The notes below the pieces were generated by a model. The model did not search any database, was not told where the DNA came from, and saw nothing but the letters and a program-made list of their open reading frames with translations. From Pseudomonadota bacterium (GTDB taxonomy: Bacteria; Campylobacterota; Campylobacteria; Campylobacterales; Sulfurimonadaceae), in contig JAZDQA010000010.1 of NCBI GenBank assembly GCA_043797085.1, forward strand, positions 32,001-96,000: a stretch of DNA of 64,000 bases, read 5' to 3'. Position numbers and translations under genes: made by a program. This document shows, one piece after another, positions 40,217-51,308 of the stretch (the stretch's first letter is position 1; every line of letters starts with the position of its first letter).

Positions 40217-41355
40217 AAAAAATATTGATTGTTTTTGGTACCCGTCCTGAAGCCATCAAAATGGCACCGTTGGTTAAAGCGTTCCAAAGCCATCCGGAAA
40301 GTTTTGAAACCAAAGTATGTGTCACGGCTCAACATAGAGAAATGCTGGATCAAGTACTGAACCTTTTTGAGATTGTCCCTGAATATGACCTCAATATTAT
40401 GAAAAATGGTCAAAATCTGTACGATATTACCGCAAACGTCCTGCTGGGAATGAAAAATGTTTATGACTATAAACCGGATATTGTATTCGTCCATGGAGAC
40501 ACGACCACTACCTTTGCTGCATCGCTGGCTGCATTTTATCAACAGATTAAAATCGCTCACATCGAGGCAGGCCTGCGTACTGGAAATATCTACAGTCCAT
40601 GGCCTGAAGAAGCAAATCGACAGCTCACGACTCAAATCGCTGCCTACCATTTTGCACCCACTGCAACGAGCAAAGCCAATCTTTTAAAAGAAAATGTCCT
40701 TGAATCACGAATCTCTGTCACGGGGAATACCGTTATTGACGCTCTCTTTTTAGCCCTCGAGAAAATTCATAATAATCCTTTGCTGGAAAAAGAGATCATT
40801 GCCAAACTTACCTCGCTATATCCATTTGACCCCTCGAAAAAAATCATCCTTGTCACCGGTCACCGCCGCGAAAATCATGGAAATGGTTTTATTAATATTT
40901 GTGCAGCATTGAAAACATTGGCGCAAAACAATCCGACCGTAGACATCGTTTATCCCGTCCATTTGAATCCAAATGTTCAAAAACCGGTCAAAGAGATTCT
41001 AGGCGGCATTCCAAACGTCCATTTAATAGAACCGCTGCAGTACGAAACCTTTCTCTATCTGATGGATAAATCTTATTTTATCATTACCGATAGCGGCGGT
41101 GTTCAAGAAGAAGCACCCAGTTTAGGTAAACCGGTACTGGTGATGCGCGATACCACCGAGCGTCCCGAAGCGCTGATAGCCGGAACGGTCAAACTCGTCG
41201 GAACCGATACCGCAAAAATTATTGCCGAAGCACAGCTGCTGCTGGATTCACCTCAAGCATACACGACCATGTCAAAAGCCCATAATCCCTACGGTGACGG
41301 CAAAGCATGTGAACGCATTATCAACTTTTTACTAAAGGATAGTTATGAAAAATAG
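40213..41355 (+). CDS. wecB: UDP-GlcNAc 2-epimerase (non-hydrolysing)
   Basis: [29 protein letters not shown]. Confidence 0.97.
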   Translation: MKKILIVFGTRPEAIKMAPLVKAFQSHPESFETKVCVTAQHREMLDQVLNLFEIVPEYDLNIMKNGQNLYDITANVLLGMKNVYDYKPDIVFVHGDTTTTFAASLAAFYQQIKIAHIEAGLRTGNIYSPWPEEANRQLTTQIAAYHFAPTATSKANLLKENVLESRISVTGNTVIDALFLALEKIHNNPLLEKEIIAKLTSLYPFDPSKKIILVTGHRRENHGNGFINICAALKTLAQNNPTVDIVYPVHLNPNVQKPVKEILGGIPNVHLIEPLQYETFLYLMDKSYFIITDSGGVQEEAPSLGKPVLVMRDTTERPEALIAGTVKLVGTDTAKIIAEAQLLLDSPQAYTTMSKAHNPYGDGKACERIINFLLKDSYEK

Positions 41356-42565
41356 AAACGTCTGTATTATTGGATTAGGCTATATTGGATTGCCGACAGC
41401 AGCTTTGTTGGCGAATAGACACTATCAGGTCCACGGGGTCGATGTCGTTCAAAGTACGGTTGATACAATCAACCAAGGCAAAATCCATATCGTCGAACCC
41501 GAACTTGACACCTTTGTACGTTCTGCGGTCAACTCCGGTAATCTAAAAGCCTCTACCACACCGGCTAAAGCCAATGTTTTTATTCTTGCTGTCCCAACCC
41601 CGTTTCATCATAACGATGACCCTAGCGCATGCCCTGCACCCAACATTGACTACGTCATATCTGCAACCCAATCGATCGCTCCGTACATTCGTGAAGGCAA
41701 TATCATCATTCTCGAATCTACCTCTCCTGTGGGAACCACCGACAAAGTAGCGGAGGTTCTAAGCGAATGCGGTATTGATACCTCGCGGATTCATATCGCC
41801 CACTGCCCTGAACGTGTACTGCCGGGACATATCATGCGCGAACTGGTCGAAAATGACCGTATCGTCGGCGGAACGACCCCCGAAGCTACGAAAGTGGCCG
41901 CCAACTTTTACCGAACTTTCGTTTCGGGTGAAGTTCTCGAAACGGATGCCAAAACTGCCGAGATGGCAAAACTCACGGAGAACAGCTTCCGTGATGTTAA
42001 CATCGCCTTTGCCAATGAGCTCTCCATCTTGTGTGACAAGTTCGGCATCGATGTCTGGAATCTCATCCGCCTCGCCAATCGACACCCTCGTGTCAACATC
42101 CTCCAACCCGGAGCAGGAGTCGGCGGGCACTGTATCGCCGTTGATCCATGGTTTATCGTTCACAAAGGGGGAGCGGATGCCAAAATCATCCGTGCAGCAC
42201 GTGAAGTCAATAACTATAAAACCGAATGGGTGATCCAAAAGATAAAAGACCGTGCTCAAAACTTTGAAACTCTCCATGGCAAAAAAGCCAAAATCGCCTG
42301 CATGGGTATAGCATTTAAACCCGATATTGACGATTTACGCGAATCACCTGCACTCTATATCGTCCAGCGCTTGCTTGCGGATGGTATAGATGTCTTAGCC
42401 GTAGAACCCAATATCGAAAATCACAGTAGTTTTCCCATTGTCGACACTGCCGTCGCTGTAGATGAAGCGGATATTGTTGTTTTTTTAGTTAAACACAAAG
42501 TATTCAAATATCTCAGTATCAGCGACAAAGAAGTGTTGGATTTTTGCAGCGTAACCGTACACTGA
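41345..42565 (+). CDS. wecC: UDP-ManNAc dehydrogenase
   Basis: [41 protein letters not shown]. Confidence 0.95.
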   Translation: MKNRNVCIIGLGYIGLPTAALLANRHYQVHGVDVVQSTVDTINQGKIHIVEPELDTFVRSAVNSGNLKASTTPAKANVFILAVPTPFHHNDDPSACPAPNIDYVISATQSIAPYIREGNIIILESTSPVGTTDKVAEVLSECGIDTSRIHIAHCPERVLPGHIMRELVENDRIVGGTTPEATKVAANFYRTFVSGEVLETDAKTAEMAKLTENSFRDVNIAFANELSILCDKFGIDVWNLIRLANRHPRVNILQPGAGVGGHCIAVDPWFIVHKGGADAKIIRAAREVNNYKTEWVIQKIKDRAQNFETLHGKKAKIACMGIAFKPDIDDLRESPALYIVQRLLADGIDVLAVEPNIENHSSFPIVDTAVAVDEADIVVFLVKHKVFKYLSISDKEVLDFCSVTVH

Positions 42566-43830
42566 TGCAACCAAAAATCCTTTCCTTATTTGCGAGCGAT
42601 CAGAGTATTTTTTTATTGGCAAATATTGTCTTTAGCGCATCCACTTATATCGTGATGCTGTTTATACCGTATATGCTAACCATGGAATCTATGGCTGAAT
42701 TCTCCTCGGTTTACAATGCCATGCTCCTCTTGCTTGGCATTTTTGAATTCGGAATTCCTATAAGCTTTTTACGATTTTATCAGCTCTATAAAATCACTTT
42801 TTTAATCAATGCGATTTTACAATTGACCATCGTATCGGGATTGATTTTAATTGCGTTTTCCCCTTTTGGGAATGTACTGATAGAAGCTTTTCATTTAGGA
42901 CAAAGCCAGATGAGTGCACTTCTTTTTTTCATTGCTGTGATAACGCAGTTAAGCTGGTCGTTTAGCCGAAATATTTTATTGACAGAACAAAAATACACGT
43001 TTATTTTGATTCTCTCCCTTTTCATCTTTATTCTGCGAACGGTTTCATTAGGGTATCTTTACTATCATATTGAAATTCTTTCCATAAACTCCATCTTGCT
43101 ATCGATGTTTATTATCCCATTTATCCCGATCTTCTATGTGATGCTCCTAAATATTGCAAGAACCGTCAACTCATATAGCATTATAAAAAACTACCGCCGT
43201 ACAAAAAAAATATTTTTCTTTTACCTAAAAGGTTTTATGAAATTTTCTCTTATGACGTTTGCTATTGGTGTTTTATACGTTTTCTCAGGACGCTATTTGA
43301 TCATTTATCTTACCGAACAGCATCAGATTTCTCTGTTGGCAGATTTGGGATATGCCATGACATTTTTGGGAATCATAACAATCGCTTCTGCGTCATTTAG
43401 AACTTTTTTTATCTCTAAGTTTCATCTGGGAGACAAAAAATCCATTACGATTCACTTGGATAACTACATAGGACAAATTCGGTTGCTGGTTTCATTTTCC
43501 ATTCTCATCGCAGTATTGCTGAGCATAACCGTCTACATTATCATGCCGAGTTATTTATCGATCAATGCACCCATTTTTGTGTTCATACTAACCGCTTCTT
43601 ATGGGGTCATATTCCTCCTGAGTCTTATAACTTTTTTATCTCCTACCATGAATTACAATGTTTTAGAGATAACCATCAATGCCGCACGCTTAATCATCAT
43701 TGTCGTCATTACACGATTTATATTTTTGAAAAATCCTATTTTCGGGTTTTTACTGATCAATTTAGTCTTAATGATTGGCGAACTTATATTTGCAAAAATC
43801 CTATTAAAAAGGTTGCGCTATGCTCACTAA
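42565..43830 (+). CDS. Putative Wzx flippase
   Basis: About 12 TMs; position in the polysaccharide operon; TGATG overlap with wecC. Confidence 0.65.
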   Translation: MQPKILSLFASDQSIFLLANIVFSASTYIVMLFIPYMLTMESMAEFSSVYNAMLLLLGIFEFGIPISFLRFYQLYKITFLINAILQLTIVSGLILIAFSPFGNVLIEAFHLGQSQMSALLFFIAVITQLSWSFSRNILLTEQKYTFILILSLFIFILRTVSLGYLYYHIEILSINSILLSMFIIPFIPIFYVMLLNIARTVNSYSIIKNYRRTKKIFFFYLKGFMKFSLMTFAIGVLYVFSGRYLIIYLTEQHQISLLADLGYAMTFLGIITIASASFRTFFISKFHLGDKKSITIHLDNYIGQIRLLVSFSILIAVLLSITVYIIMPSYLSINAPIFVFILTASYGVIFLLSLITFLSPTMNYNVLEITINAARLIIIVVITRFIFLKNPIFGFLLINLVLMIGELIFAKILLKRLRYAH

Positions 43831-44989
43831 AACATTATCCCGCCTTAGTGATTTTTTTATTTTTGTCCTCGTCTTTAGTTTTTATAATGACAACTTTATG
43901 GTTGAGCATTTTGGCGCACAATCGTTAAAAGCATTGTTTTTTCTTTTTTATCTCTTTTATTCTTTCACCTTTGCTCAGAATTTCAAAACGATGACCGGCA
44001 CTCAAGATAAAATGTTTTTTGCATTCTTGCTTTTTGATATGACGCTTTTATTGATTCAAATGCTTTTTGGCTGGAATGTTTCTTTTGCACCTGCTGGATT
44101 TATGCTCATTGCGATTTTAAGTGTCATCCTCTATTTTAGTCGTTACCCGCTGCAAAAACTGCTGTACATGGTTTGGATAAGCATGATGGCATCCGTAGTC
44201 ATGTGCTATTTCAGTCCCCCTCTGGACGAATGGACCTTTAGAAAATCCGGCGGAACCGATGATCCTAATGAATTTTCAACACAGTTGCTCATTTTTCTCT
44301 TTGCAGCATTTTATCTCTATACCCAAAATAAAAGTAAACTCTTTCTTGCAGTATCGATTGTATTTTTCACCTATGGGATATTGCATGCAGCGTCCATGTC
44401 TTCATTTTTAATGCTGGGCGTTTTGGGAGTATTGGGGATTGTCCGATTACTTCTCATTAAACCTCAAATCTTTTTCAGCACTAAAGCTTTATTGGGATTA
44501 CTCTTGATCTCGGCAGTCGCCACACAAATCAATCCAATAAAATTCGAAGCTGTTTCCAATATTTTAAGTCGGACAAAAGATACGGGAACCGCCGGTTTTC
44601 GAATGCACTCATGGATTGCCGGAAAACATATGGTTGAAAAAAATCCTTTGCTTGGGGTCGGGGTGGATGAATTTAGAGCCAATGAATACAAATATGAAGA
44701 AGGACATATGCTGGGAAGTTCTCCCTCCCCTCACAACGTTTACATTAAACTCATCGCTGAATCGGGAATTGTAATTTTTCTTCTTTTTGTCCTTTTCATT
44801 GGCAATATTATTGTCTCAAATTTTAAAATCTTATTTTATACCAACGAATGGTGGCTCATGATGATACTTTTTTCCTCTCTGCTCATGGGCTTGACGCTGG
44901 GCTTTCTCTACGACAAGTTTTTTTGGATATCCATCGCTTTGATGATGAACATCAATTACGAACTTAACCGGAGGAAGGCAATCCCATGA
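43820..44989 (+). CDS. O-antigen ligase/polymerase (Wzy_C) family protein
   Basis: DPNEF, R..W..G, PLLGVG, PHNVY..LIAESG. Confidence 0.85.
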   Translation: MLTKTLSRLSDFFIFVLVFSFYNDNFMVEHFGAQSLKALFFLFYLFYSFTFAQNFKTMTGTQDKMFFAFLLFDMTLLLIQMLFGWNVSFAPAGFMLIAILSVILYFSRYPLQKLLYMVWISMMASVVMCYFSPPLDEWTFRKSGGTDDPNEFSTQLLIFLFAAFYLYTQNKSKLFLAVSIVFFTYGILHAASMSSFLMLGVLGVLGIVRLLLIKPQIFFSTKALLGLLLISAVATQINPIKFEAVSNILSRTKDTGTAGFRMHSWIAGKHMVEKNPLLGVGVDEFRANEYKYEEGHMLGSSPSPHNVYIKLIAESGIVIFLLFVLFIGNIIVSNFKILFYTNEWWLMMILFSSLLMGLTLGFLYDKFFWISIALMMNINYELNRRKAIP

Positions 44990-46116
44990 AACTATTACAC
45001 ATAATTCCCCTGCTTCACGGTGGAGGTGCGGAGAAGTTTTGCATAGATTTATGTAACGAGCTATCCAAAGAGCATGACGTAACGATTTGCGCCTTGTTCG
45101 ATGTAGAAGAACATATGTTTATGGCAAAAGCTTTGAGTCCTGATGTCAAAGTCATTACCCTCAATAAAAAACTCGGGTTTGACATACGGATGTTTTTCAA
45201 GATTTACATGCTTGTTAAAAACGGGAACTATGATGCTATTAACACTCACCTCATGGGACTGTTTAATTCTTTGCCGGCTATTGTATTAACGAAAAATAAA
45301 TTTTTTCACACCATACATTCGTTGGCCTCCAAAGAGACAAGCAAGAACAAGAGGATGATTTACAACATCCTGTTTAACTTTTTCCATGCAACTCCCATTG
45401 GTATCTCCAACCAAGTCCTAAAAAGCATTCATACCGAATACGGAAATCAGTTTAATACCCTCATTATAAATGGAACGAAACGACCGGAAGCGACGACAGA
45501 ACTTGAGAATGTTCGACGCGAGATCCAAGGGTATAAAAAAACACCCTCCACAAAAGTTTTCCTAACCATAGGTCGTATCGCACCGGAAAAAAATCAAAAA
45601 ATGATGATCGAAGTCTTTAATAAACTCATATCCGAAGGCGAAGATCTTATTTTAGTGATTATAGGCAGAGATACAGAAGAAGGAGATCCTACCCTAAGCC
45701 AGCTTTTGCCCCTAGCTAAACCGGAGATTCATTTTTTAGGGATGAAGCAAAACATTGCAGATTACTATCTTTGTTGTGATGCTTTTTGTCTCTCTTCGCT
45801 CTACGAGGGTCTTCCTATTACGCTGCTTGAAGCTCTCTCCCTTGGAGTGATTTCGATTTGTACACCTGTCGGCGGGATCATCGATGTAGTTGAGGACGGG
45901 GAAAATGGATTTTTAAGCAGCGATGTATCAGAACAATCATTTTATGTTGCCGTAAAAAGATTTTTATCCTTAGATGATAACGAAAAAAGAGAGCTCTCCA
46001 AAAACGCCGTAGAGACTTTTGAGACGATGTATGACATTTCAACAACAGAAAAAAAATACATCGACCTTTACAGCACAAGACTAACATCTAAAAAACAGCC
46101 ATTCATTTCAGCATAA
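44986..46116 (+). CDS. GT4 glycosyltransferase
   Basis: GGAEK, GRIAPEKNQ, SLYEGLPITLLEA. Confidence 0.92.
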   Translation: MKLLHIIPLLHGGGAEKFCIDLCNELSKEHDVTICALFDVEEHMFMAKALSPDVKVITLNKKLGFDIRMFFKIYMLVKNGNYDAINTHLMGLFNSLPAIVLTKNKFFHTIHSLASKETSKNKRMIYNILFNFFHATPIGISNQVLKSIHTEYGNQFNTLIINGTKRPEATTELENVRREIQGYKKTPSTKVFLTIGRIAPEKNQKMMIEVFNKLISEGEDLILVIIGRDTEEGDPTLSQLLPLAKPEIHFLGMKQNIADYYLCCDAFCLSSLYEGLPITLLEALSLGVISICTPVGGIIDVVEDGENGFLSSDVSEQSFYVAVKRFLSLDDNEKRELSKNAVETFETMYDISTTEKKYIDLYSTRLTSKKQPFISA

Positions 46117-46127
46117 AAGGTAGAGTC

Positions 46128-48320
46128 ATGTTCAAAATTGCACCCTGGTTTAACAACTTCCAAGCACCTGCTGTACTAATGATCGATGATCTAAGCGATG
46201 CTTATATTGATGTTTATGAGGAGTCTTACAAAAACGACTGGGGATATTTGGGGGATCAAGAGGGTTCTGCCTTCCATTTTTTAGAAAAAGAACTGCTTGA
46301 CTTGTATCCTGATGTCAAAATCACTTTTTTTGTCCCCTATTTACGGCACGAAGTTCTAAATGAAAACTGTGGTTTTAGTGTCAAAAAATATGCTTTAGGG
46401 GAGAGGAAAGAGTACACCCTCTTTTTAAAACGATTGGTTTCAAAAGGGCATGAAATAGCGCATCACGGCTCAGACCACGGCAGATATATCAACCGATCCA
46501 TCTGTACGACTGCAAACAACTGGATACACGAATGGGCATTGTTTCAAGACGTAGAAGAAGGGGTCGAAATAACCGAAAAAGGGGTTAAACTCTTTAAGAC
46601 AATAGCCAATATTGATGTTGTCGGAGGGAAATATTGCGGGTATATCACCATCGACAATTCACAAGAGATCATCGATAGCTGTAATTTTCTCTATTGGTGT
46701 GAACATGTTAATTATCTCTCCCATGATTTTGATGAAACGTTTTTTGGCAAGAGCCAAATTTTTTCGTTTCCTACCAATTTTCCGGGAAATAGTTTTGTCA
46801 GGCTAGCCTATCTTACAGGAGATCCAAAAAGAGATAGCAAAAAGAAATATGCGAAAAATTTTCAGCCTCTCTATAATCTGTTGTCGTATTACAAACTGGA
46901 TCAACTGTATAAACAGGGAAAGATCATCAGTATTCAAGATCATATATCCCCCTCTACATCAGCAGGCACTGCCCAATCGGCAAATATCGTCAGTGATATA
47001 CTCAGTCTAAAAAAAATATTTGCATTTTTAAAATCTCGCAGTGTATGGTATGCGACCTGCGAAGAAATAGCTGAGTATGTCTACATAAAACACAACTGCA
47101 CAATCCAAGAAGATAACACTAAAATCATTATCGATTTTAAAAACAGTAAACATCTTTCCAATACATTTATTTCCCTCACCCACGATAAAGCATTTACCCT
47201 GCATCAAAACAATGTAAAACATAGCTCTAAAATGCTCAACGGTTCCCATACCGTAACCGTTTCGATTTCCAATGGCAAGAATGAGTTTGATTACACTGTC
47301 GCGAATACATCGGTAAAAAAAGTATTGCTGGCGGGACCGTTAGAAAATAAGCATGATGTCACCAAAACAGGCGGTGTCATTGTCTTGTTTTCAGACTTGC
47401 TGCGTCAATTTGACAAACAAGGAATTGAATATCATGTCATTGATACCAATAAAGCAAATTACTCCAATAAACCCACCGCACTGCTGAGCATTTGGTATAA
47501 CCTGCTAACCAAAACAAAACAGTACCCGCATCTTTCACTTCACGCAACGGCGAATGACTATATGTTTATCGCCCCGCTTGCGGTTTTTATCGCTAAAGCG
47601 TTGGGAAAAACGGTGAGCTTGCGAAAATTTGCCGGCAGCTTCGATGATATCTATGAAAAAATGAACTTTCTTTTAAAACCGATTGTCTCCATGACGCTAA
47701 AAAAATCGGATGCAAATTTTTTCGAAACACACTATTTAGTCAATCATTTTTTGCCTTTAAACAAAAGTACTCACTGGCTCCCGAACGTTCGGGAAAGACC
47801 CGATCAAATACGCACCGGTGAGTTTCGAAAAAGATTTATTTTTATTGGAAGTGTTACCAAAGAAAAAGGGATTATAGAACTGCTGGAGGCATCCAATCAG
47901 CTTGGCAGCGATTACACTGTCCATATATACGGAAATATCTCTGATGACCTTTTGGACTTTGATTTTTCAAATTACAAAGCAGAGTATAAGGGGGCACTAA
48001 AGTCTCCGGAAGTACTAAAAACGCTGCGAGAATATGATGTGCTGATCCTCCCTTCTTATATAGAAGGATACCCCGGAGTCATCATCGAAGCACTTTCCAT
48101 CGGACTCCCGATTATAGCGACAACGCTAAAAGGGATAAAAGAGATGGTCGATGAGAGCTGTACTGTTTTTGTAGCTCCCAAAAATACCCCCGAGTTAAAA
48201 AATGCCATACTCCACTTTGATCAGACGAACTATCCTGAGTTTTCGTACCATGCCTGTCAACATTTTGAAAAATTTGACAGCGAAATTCAAACAGCGAAAT
48301 TTATAAATATTATCCAATAA
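46128..48320 (+). CDS. Fusion of a polysaccharide-deacetylase-like domain and a GT4 glycosyltransferase
   Basis: N-terminal LMIDD, ITFFVP, GHEIAHHG; C-terminal KEKGI and PSYIEGYPGVIIEA. Confidence 0.75.
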   Translation: MFKIAPWFNNFQAPAVLMIDDLSDAYIDVYEESYKNDWGYLGDQEGSAFHFLEKELLDLYPDVKITFFVPYLRHEVLNENCGFSVKKYALGERKEYTLFLKRLVSKGHEIAHHGSDHGRYINRSICTTANNWIHEWALFQDVEEGVEITEKGVKLFKTIANIDVVGGKYCGYITIDNSQEIIDSCNFLYWCEHVNYLSHDFDETFFGKSQIFSFPTNFPGNSFVRLAYLTGDPKRDSKKKYAKNFQPLYNLLSYYKLDQLYKQGKIISIQDHISPSTSAGTAQSANIVSDILSLKKIFAFLKSRSVWYATCEEIAEYVYIKHNCTIQEDNTKIIIDFKNSKHLSNTFISLTHDKAFTLHQNNVKHSSKMLNGSHTVTVSISNGKNEFDYTVANTSVKKVLLAGPLENKHDVTKTGGVIVLFSDLLRQFDKQGIEYHVIDTNKANYSNKPTALLSIWYNLLTKTKQYPHLSLHATANDYMFIAPLAVFIAKALGKTVSLRKFAGSFDDIYEKMNFLLKPIVSMTLKKSDANFFETHYLVNHFLPLNKSTHWLPNVRERPDQIRTGEFRKRFIFIGSVTKEKGIIELLEASNQLGSDYTVHIYGNISDDLLDFDFSNYKAEYKGALKSPEVLKTLREYDVLILPSYIEGYPGVIIEALSIGLPIIATTLKGIKEMVDESCTVFVAPKNTPELKNAILHFDQTNYPEFSYHACQHFEKFDSEIQTAKFINIIQ

Positions 48321-48338
48321 ATGTTAGGAGACTAGATC

Positions 48339-49955
48339 ATGATCCCATTGAAAATCGGTATTCTTATTGACGATACAAAACTGGAAAAGTATAAAGCAGA
48401 AATTTTAAATACGCTTCAAAACAGTGATTTTTGCACCATTGTACAATTTATTCGCCGCGATAAAGAGATTGATTTTGCGTCGGATAAGAGTGAATATCTT
48501 CTTTATCGATTTTTTAACACACTGGATGCAAAACTTTTTGGAAAAGGGACAAAATACCTTGGATCAGAAAGCATAGAAGACAAAATAACCGCTTGTCAAA
48601 ACGATACGACCAAAGCGGACGAATTAGATGTTATTTTAAATCTTTCCTCTTCGGATAAATATTACCCCAATAATGCAAAATACGGTGTTTGGCAATTTGA
48701 TTACCGCTCTTTTCCCGTAGGTTATTGGGAAGTGATACATAATGATCCTTTTACGCAAGTCAGACTTATTCAACACGGCAGAGGGTTTGAAAACGATGTA
48801 CTCCTAGACACTTTTAGAACAATGACCCATCCTAAGTCAATGCTTAAAAACAAAGACCTCGTGTTATGGCGATCCCATATGATGATGGTACGAAATCTAA
48901 AAAGATTAGCGATTGATCCAAAGACTTTCTTTGACAACCGAAAATCAACCGTTTCTTTTAACCCCAAACCCGTACAAAATAAAAGAGAAAAGTTTGATCT
49001 GCAATTTTCATTTAGTGATGAGATCAAACAAGCCCCTCCGACAAATTCTGGGATGCTTATCGCTGTTGGCAAACTTCTCAAAAAATATGCGACATTGAGC
49101 ATAAGGAAGTTTTTTGTATGGGATCGTTGGTTGATTTTGTACAGTGAAACAGAAGATGGAGAGATAAATCCAAATCTTTCAGAGTATAAAAGGCTTTATG
49201 CTCCGGGTAAAAACTATTTTTGGGCAGATCCTTTTGTCGTTGATGAAGACGATAAAAGCTATCTCTTTTTTGAAGAATTGGATTATACGATCCAAAAAGG
49301 GTATCTGAAAGTTGCCGAATATGATCCCCTGCACCAAACTTTTAAGACGTCTAAAACAATTCTGGATTTGGACTATCATCTCTCGTATCCAAATGTCTTT
49401 AAACATAAGGGAAACTACTACATGGTTCCAGAATCGCATGAAAATATGAGTGTAGATCTTTTTGAAGCTGTGGAATTTCCAACCAAATGGAAAAAGAAAA
49501 AAACACTCCTTGGCGATGTTTTGGCGGTGGATGCGACGCTTTATTTTCGAGATGAAAAATGGTGGATGTTTGTCAATATAGCAGAAAAAGAGGATTTTTC
49601 TATGAATGATGAACTCTACCTCTATTACTGCAATGATTTCATAAGCGATGAATGGATACCGCATCCGCAAAACCCGATTGTCTCCGACGTAACGACAGCA
49701 AGACCGGCTGGAAATCTGATTCAAAAAGGAAACAAGCTTTACCGACCCGCACAAGATTGCAGCGGTTTTTATGGCAGAAAAGTGGTTATCAATGAAATAG
49801 AAATATTAAATGAAACACAGTACAAAGAAACGACAGTAGGTGAAATAAACTCAAATTTTGCAGATGATTTAGTTGCAGTACATACGTTAAACAGTTCAAA
49901 AAAGCTAACCGTAATCGATGCGATAAAGAGCAGGGGGGAAACGTCACCATGTTAG
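48339..49955 (+). CDS. Degenerate formyltransferase-like N-domain plus five-bladed beta-propeller (GINT1_N/GH43-like) protein
   Basis: AKYGVW..GYWEV N-domain; WADPF, HLSYP, VDATL and ARPAG blade motifs. Confidence 0.7.
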   Translation: MIPLKIGILIDDTKLEKYKAEILNTLQNSDFCTIVQFIRRDKEIDFASDKSEYLLYRFFNTLDAKLFGKGTKYLGSESIEDKITACQNDTTKADELDVILNLSSSDKYYPNNAKYGVWQFDYRSFPVGYWEVIHNDPFTQVRLIQHGRGFENDVLLDTFRTMTHPKSMLKNKDLVLWRSHMMMVRNLKRLAIDPKTFFDNRKSTVSFNPKPVQNKREKFDLQFSFSDEIKQAPPTNSGMLIAVGKLLKKYATLSIRKFFVWDRWLILYSETEDGEINPNLSEYKRLYAPGKNYFWADPFVVDEDDKSYLFFEELDYTIQKGYLKVAEYDPLHQTFKTSKTILDLDYHLSYPNVFKHKGNYYMVPESHENMSVDLFEAVEFPTKWKKKKTLLGDVLAVDATLYFRDEKWWMFVNIAEKEDFSMNDELYLYYCNDFISDEWIPHPQNPIVSDVTTARPAGNLIQKGNKLYRPAQDCSGFYGRKVVINEIEILNETQYKETTVGEINSNFADDLVAVHTLNSSKKLTVIDAIKSRGETSPC

Positions 49956-51250
49956 CAACTATAAAACAGATTTATGACTCGCTTCCAAAAGAGTATCTTA
50001 CATTTCTACGATACATTCCAGACAAACTCTTGTTTGGTAAATCGTACAGTGAGTGGAAACCAAAAATCTCGTTCGACAAACACCTGATCGATCAAAATCT
50101 CTACGATACTTTATCGTATGTCAGGGAACACACTCAGTACGGAAAAGAGCACATTACGGGCAACTTGGATCTAAAAAATGTCCGAAGTATTTTAGAATCA
50201 TTGCCCCTCATCACTTCCTATGATCTCGCAACCAACTTGGACTACTATACTTCCGATGAATACAATACCTTTAACTCCTACAGCGCGACAACAGGGGGGA
50301 CCGGAGGGAGTCCTACCACCGTTCTTTTTTCAAATGAACTTTATGGAATCGAATGGGCACATGTTCACCATATCTGGTCATCCGTAGGCTACGATCACCT
50401 AAAAGATACGAAACTCACCCTGCGCGGCAAGATGCTTCATGGGGATAAACTGGTCGAATACAATCCCCTCTATAATGAACTGGTTGTGGATGTTTTTAAA
50501 GTCAATTGTGATAATTTTGATCAGCTCCTCAAAGCAATCAAGCTCTACCCCATCAAATACATCCACGGCTACCCCTCGCTGGTCAAAGAGTATATGACCT
50601 ATTTCGAATACCACAACTTTATTCCAAAACTCAACGGCATCCTTTTGACCAGTGAAGGGGTGAGTGCCAAAGAGAAAAAACAAATTGCCGACTTTTTCGG
50701 ATGTAAAGTCCTCTCTTTTTACGGACAATCCGAAAGAGCTCTTATCGCAGCCGATTTTGATTCCAACGGTATTTATAAAGTCTATACTTCTTATGGATAC
50801 CCCCGTATCGTGGATGGTGAACTGGTTATCACTTCGTTTGTAAACCGTGCTCTTCCTCTCGTTAACTATAAAATAGGAGACGGTGCCGAGATAATCGAAG
50901 ACGAGCACTGTTTGTATCTGAAAAATCTCACGAGCCGACGGGGAAAAGATTTCGTCTATCTTACGAAAGAGAAAAAGATACCTTTGACCGCCTTAGGGCT
51001 CCATAGCACTATCCAAAACGAAATTCTTTATTATCAATTTCATCAAAAAGAGTTTGGAAAAATCAAACTCTGGATCGCGCCAAAAATGACGACACTCCTT
51101 CCCTATAAAGAAATAGCCACTATTTTTGGCAATCAAATAAAAGAAAGATTAAAAGATTTCGATGTCGATATCCGAATCGTCACTGAGAATAAGATTGTGA
51201 AGAGCTGCAAGGGAAAGCTAAGAATACTCGTGCAGGAGCTGAAAGTATGA
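49949..51250 (+). CDS. CapK/PaaK-like adenylate-forming ligase, copy 1
   Basis: TTGGTGG P-loop, HGYPS, YGQSE, YKIGD, C-terminal GK. Confidence 0.8.
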   Translation: MLATIKQIYDSLPKEYLTFLRYIPDKLLFGKSYSEWKPKISFDKHLIDQNLYDTLSYVREHTQYGKEHITGNLDLKNVRSILESLPLITSYDLATNLDYYTSDEYNTFNSYSATTGGTGGSPTTVLFSNELYGIEWAHVHHIWSSVGYDHLKDTKLTLRGKMLHGDKLVEYNPLYNELVVDVFKVNCDNFDQLLKAIKLYPIKYIHGYPSLVKEYMTYFEYHNFIPKLNGILLTSEGVSAKEKKQIADFFGCKVLSFYGQSERALIAADFDSNGIYKVYTSYGYPRIVDGELVITSFVNRALPLVNYKIGDGAEIIEDEHCLYLKNLTSRRGKDFVYLTKEKKIPLTALGLHSTIQNEILYYQFHQKEFGKIKLWIAPKMTTLLPYKEIATIFGNQIKERLKDFDVDIRIVTENKIVKSCKGKLRILVQELKV

Positions 51251-51308
51251 CCAATCACTATCGATTTCAAATCGCTTTTCACACTTTTAATGAAAGAGAG
51301 GACTATTG

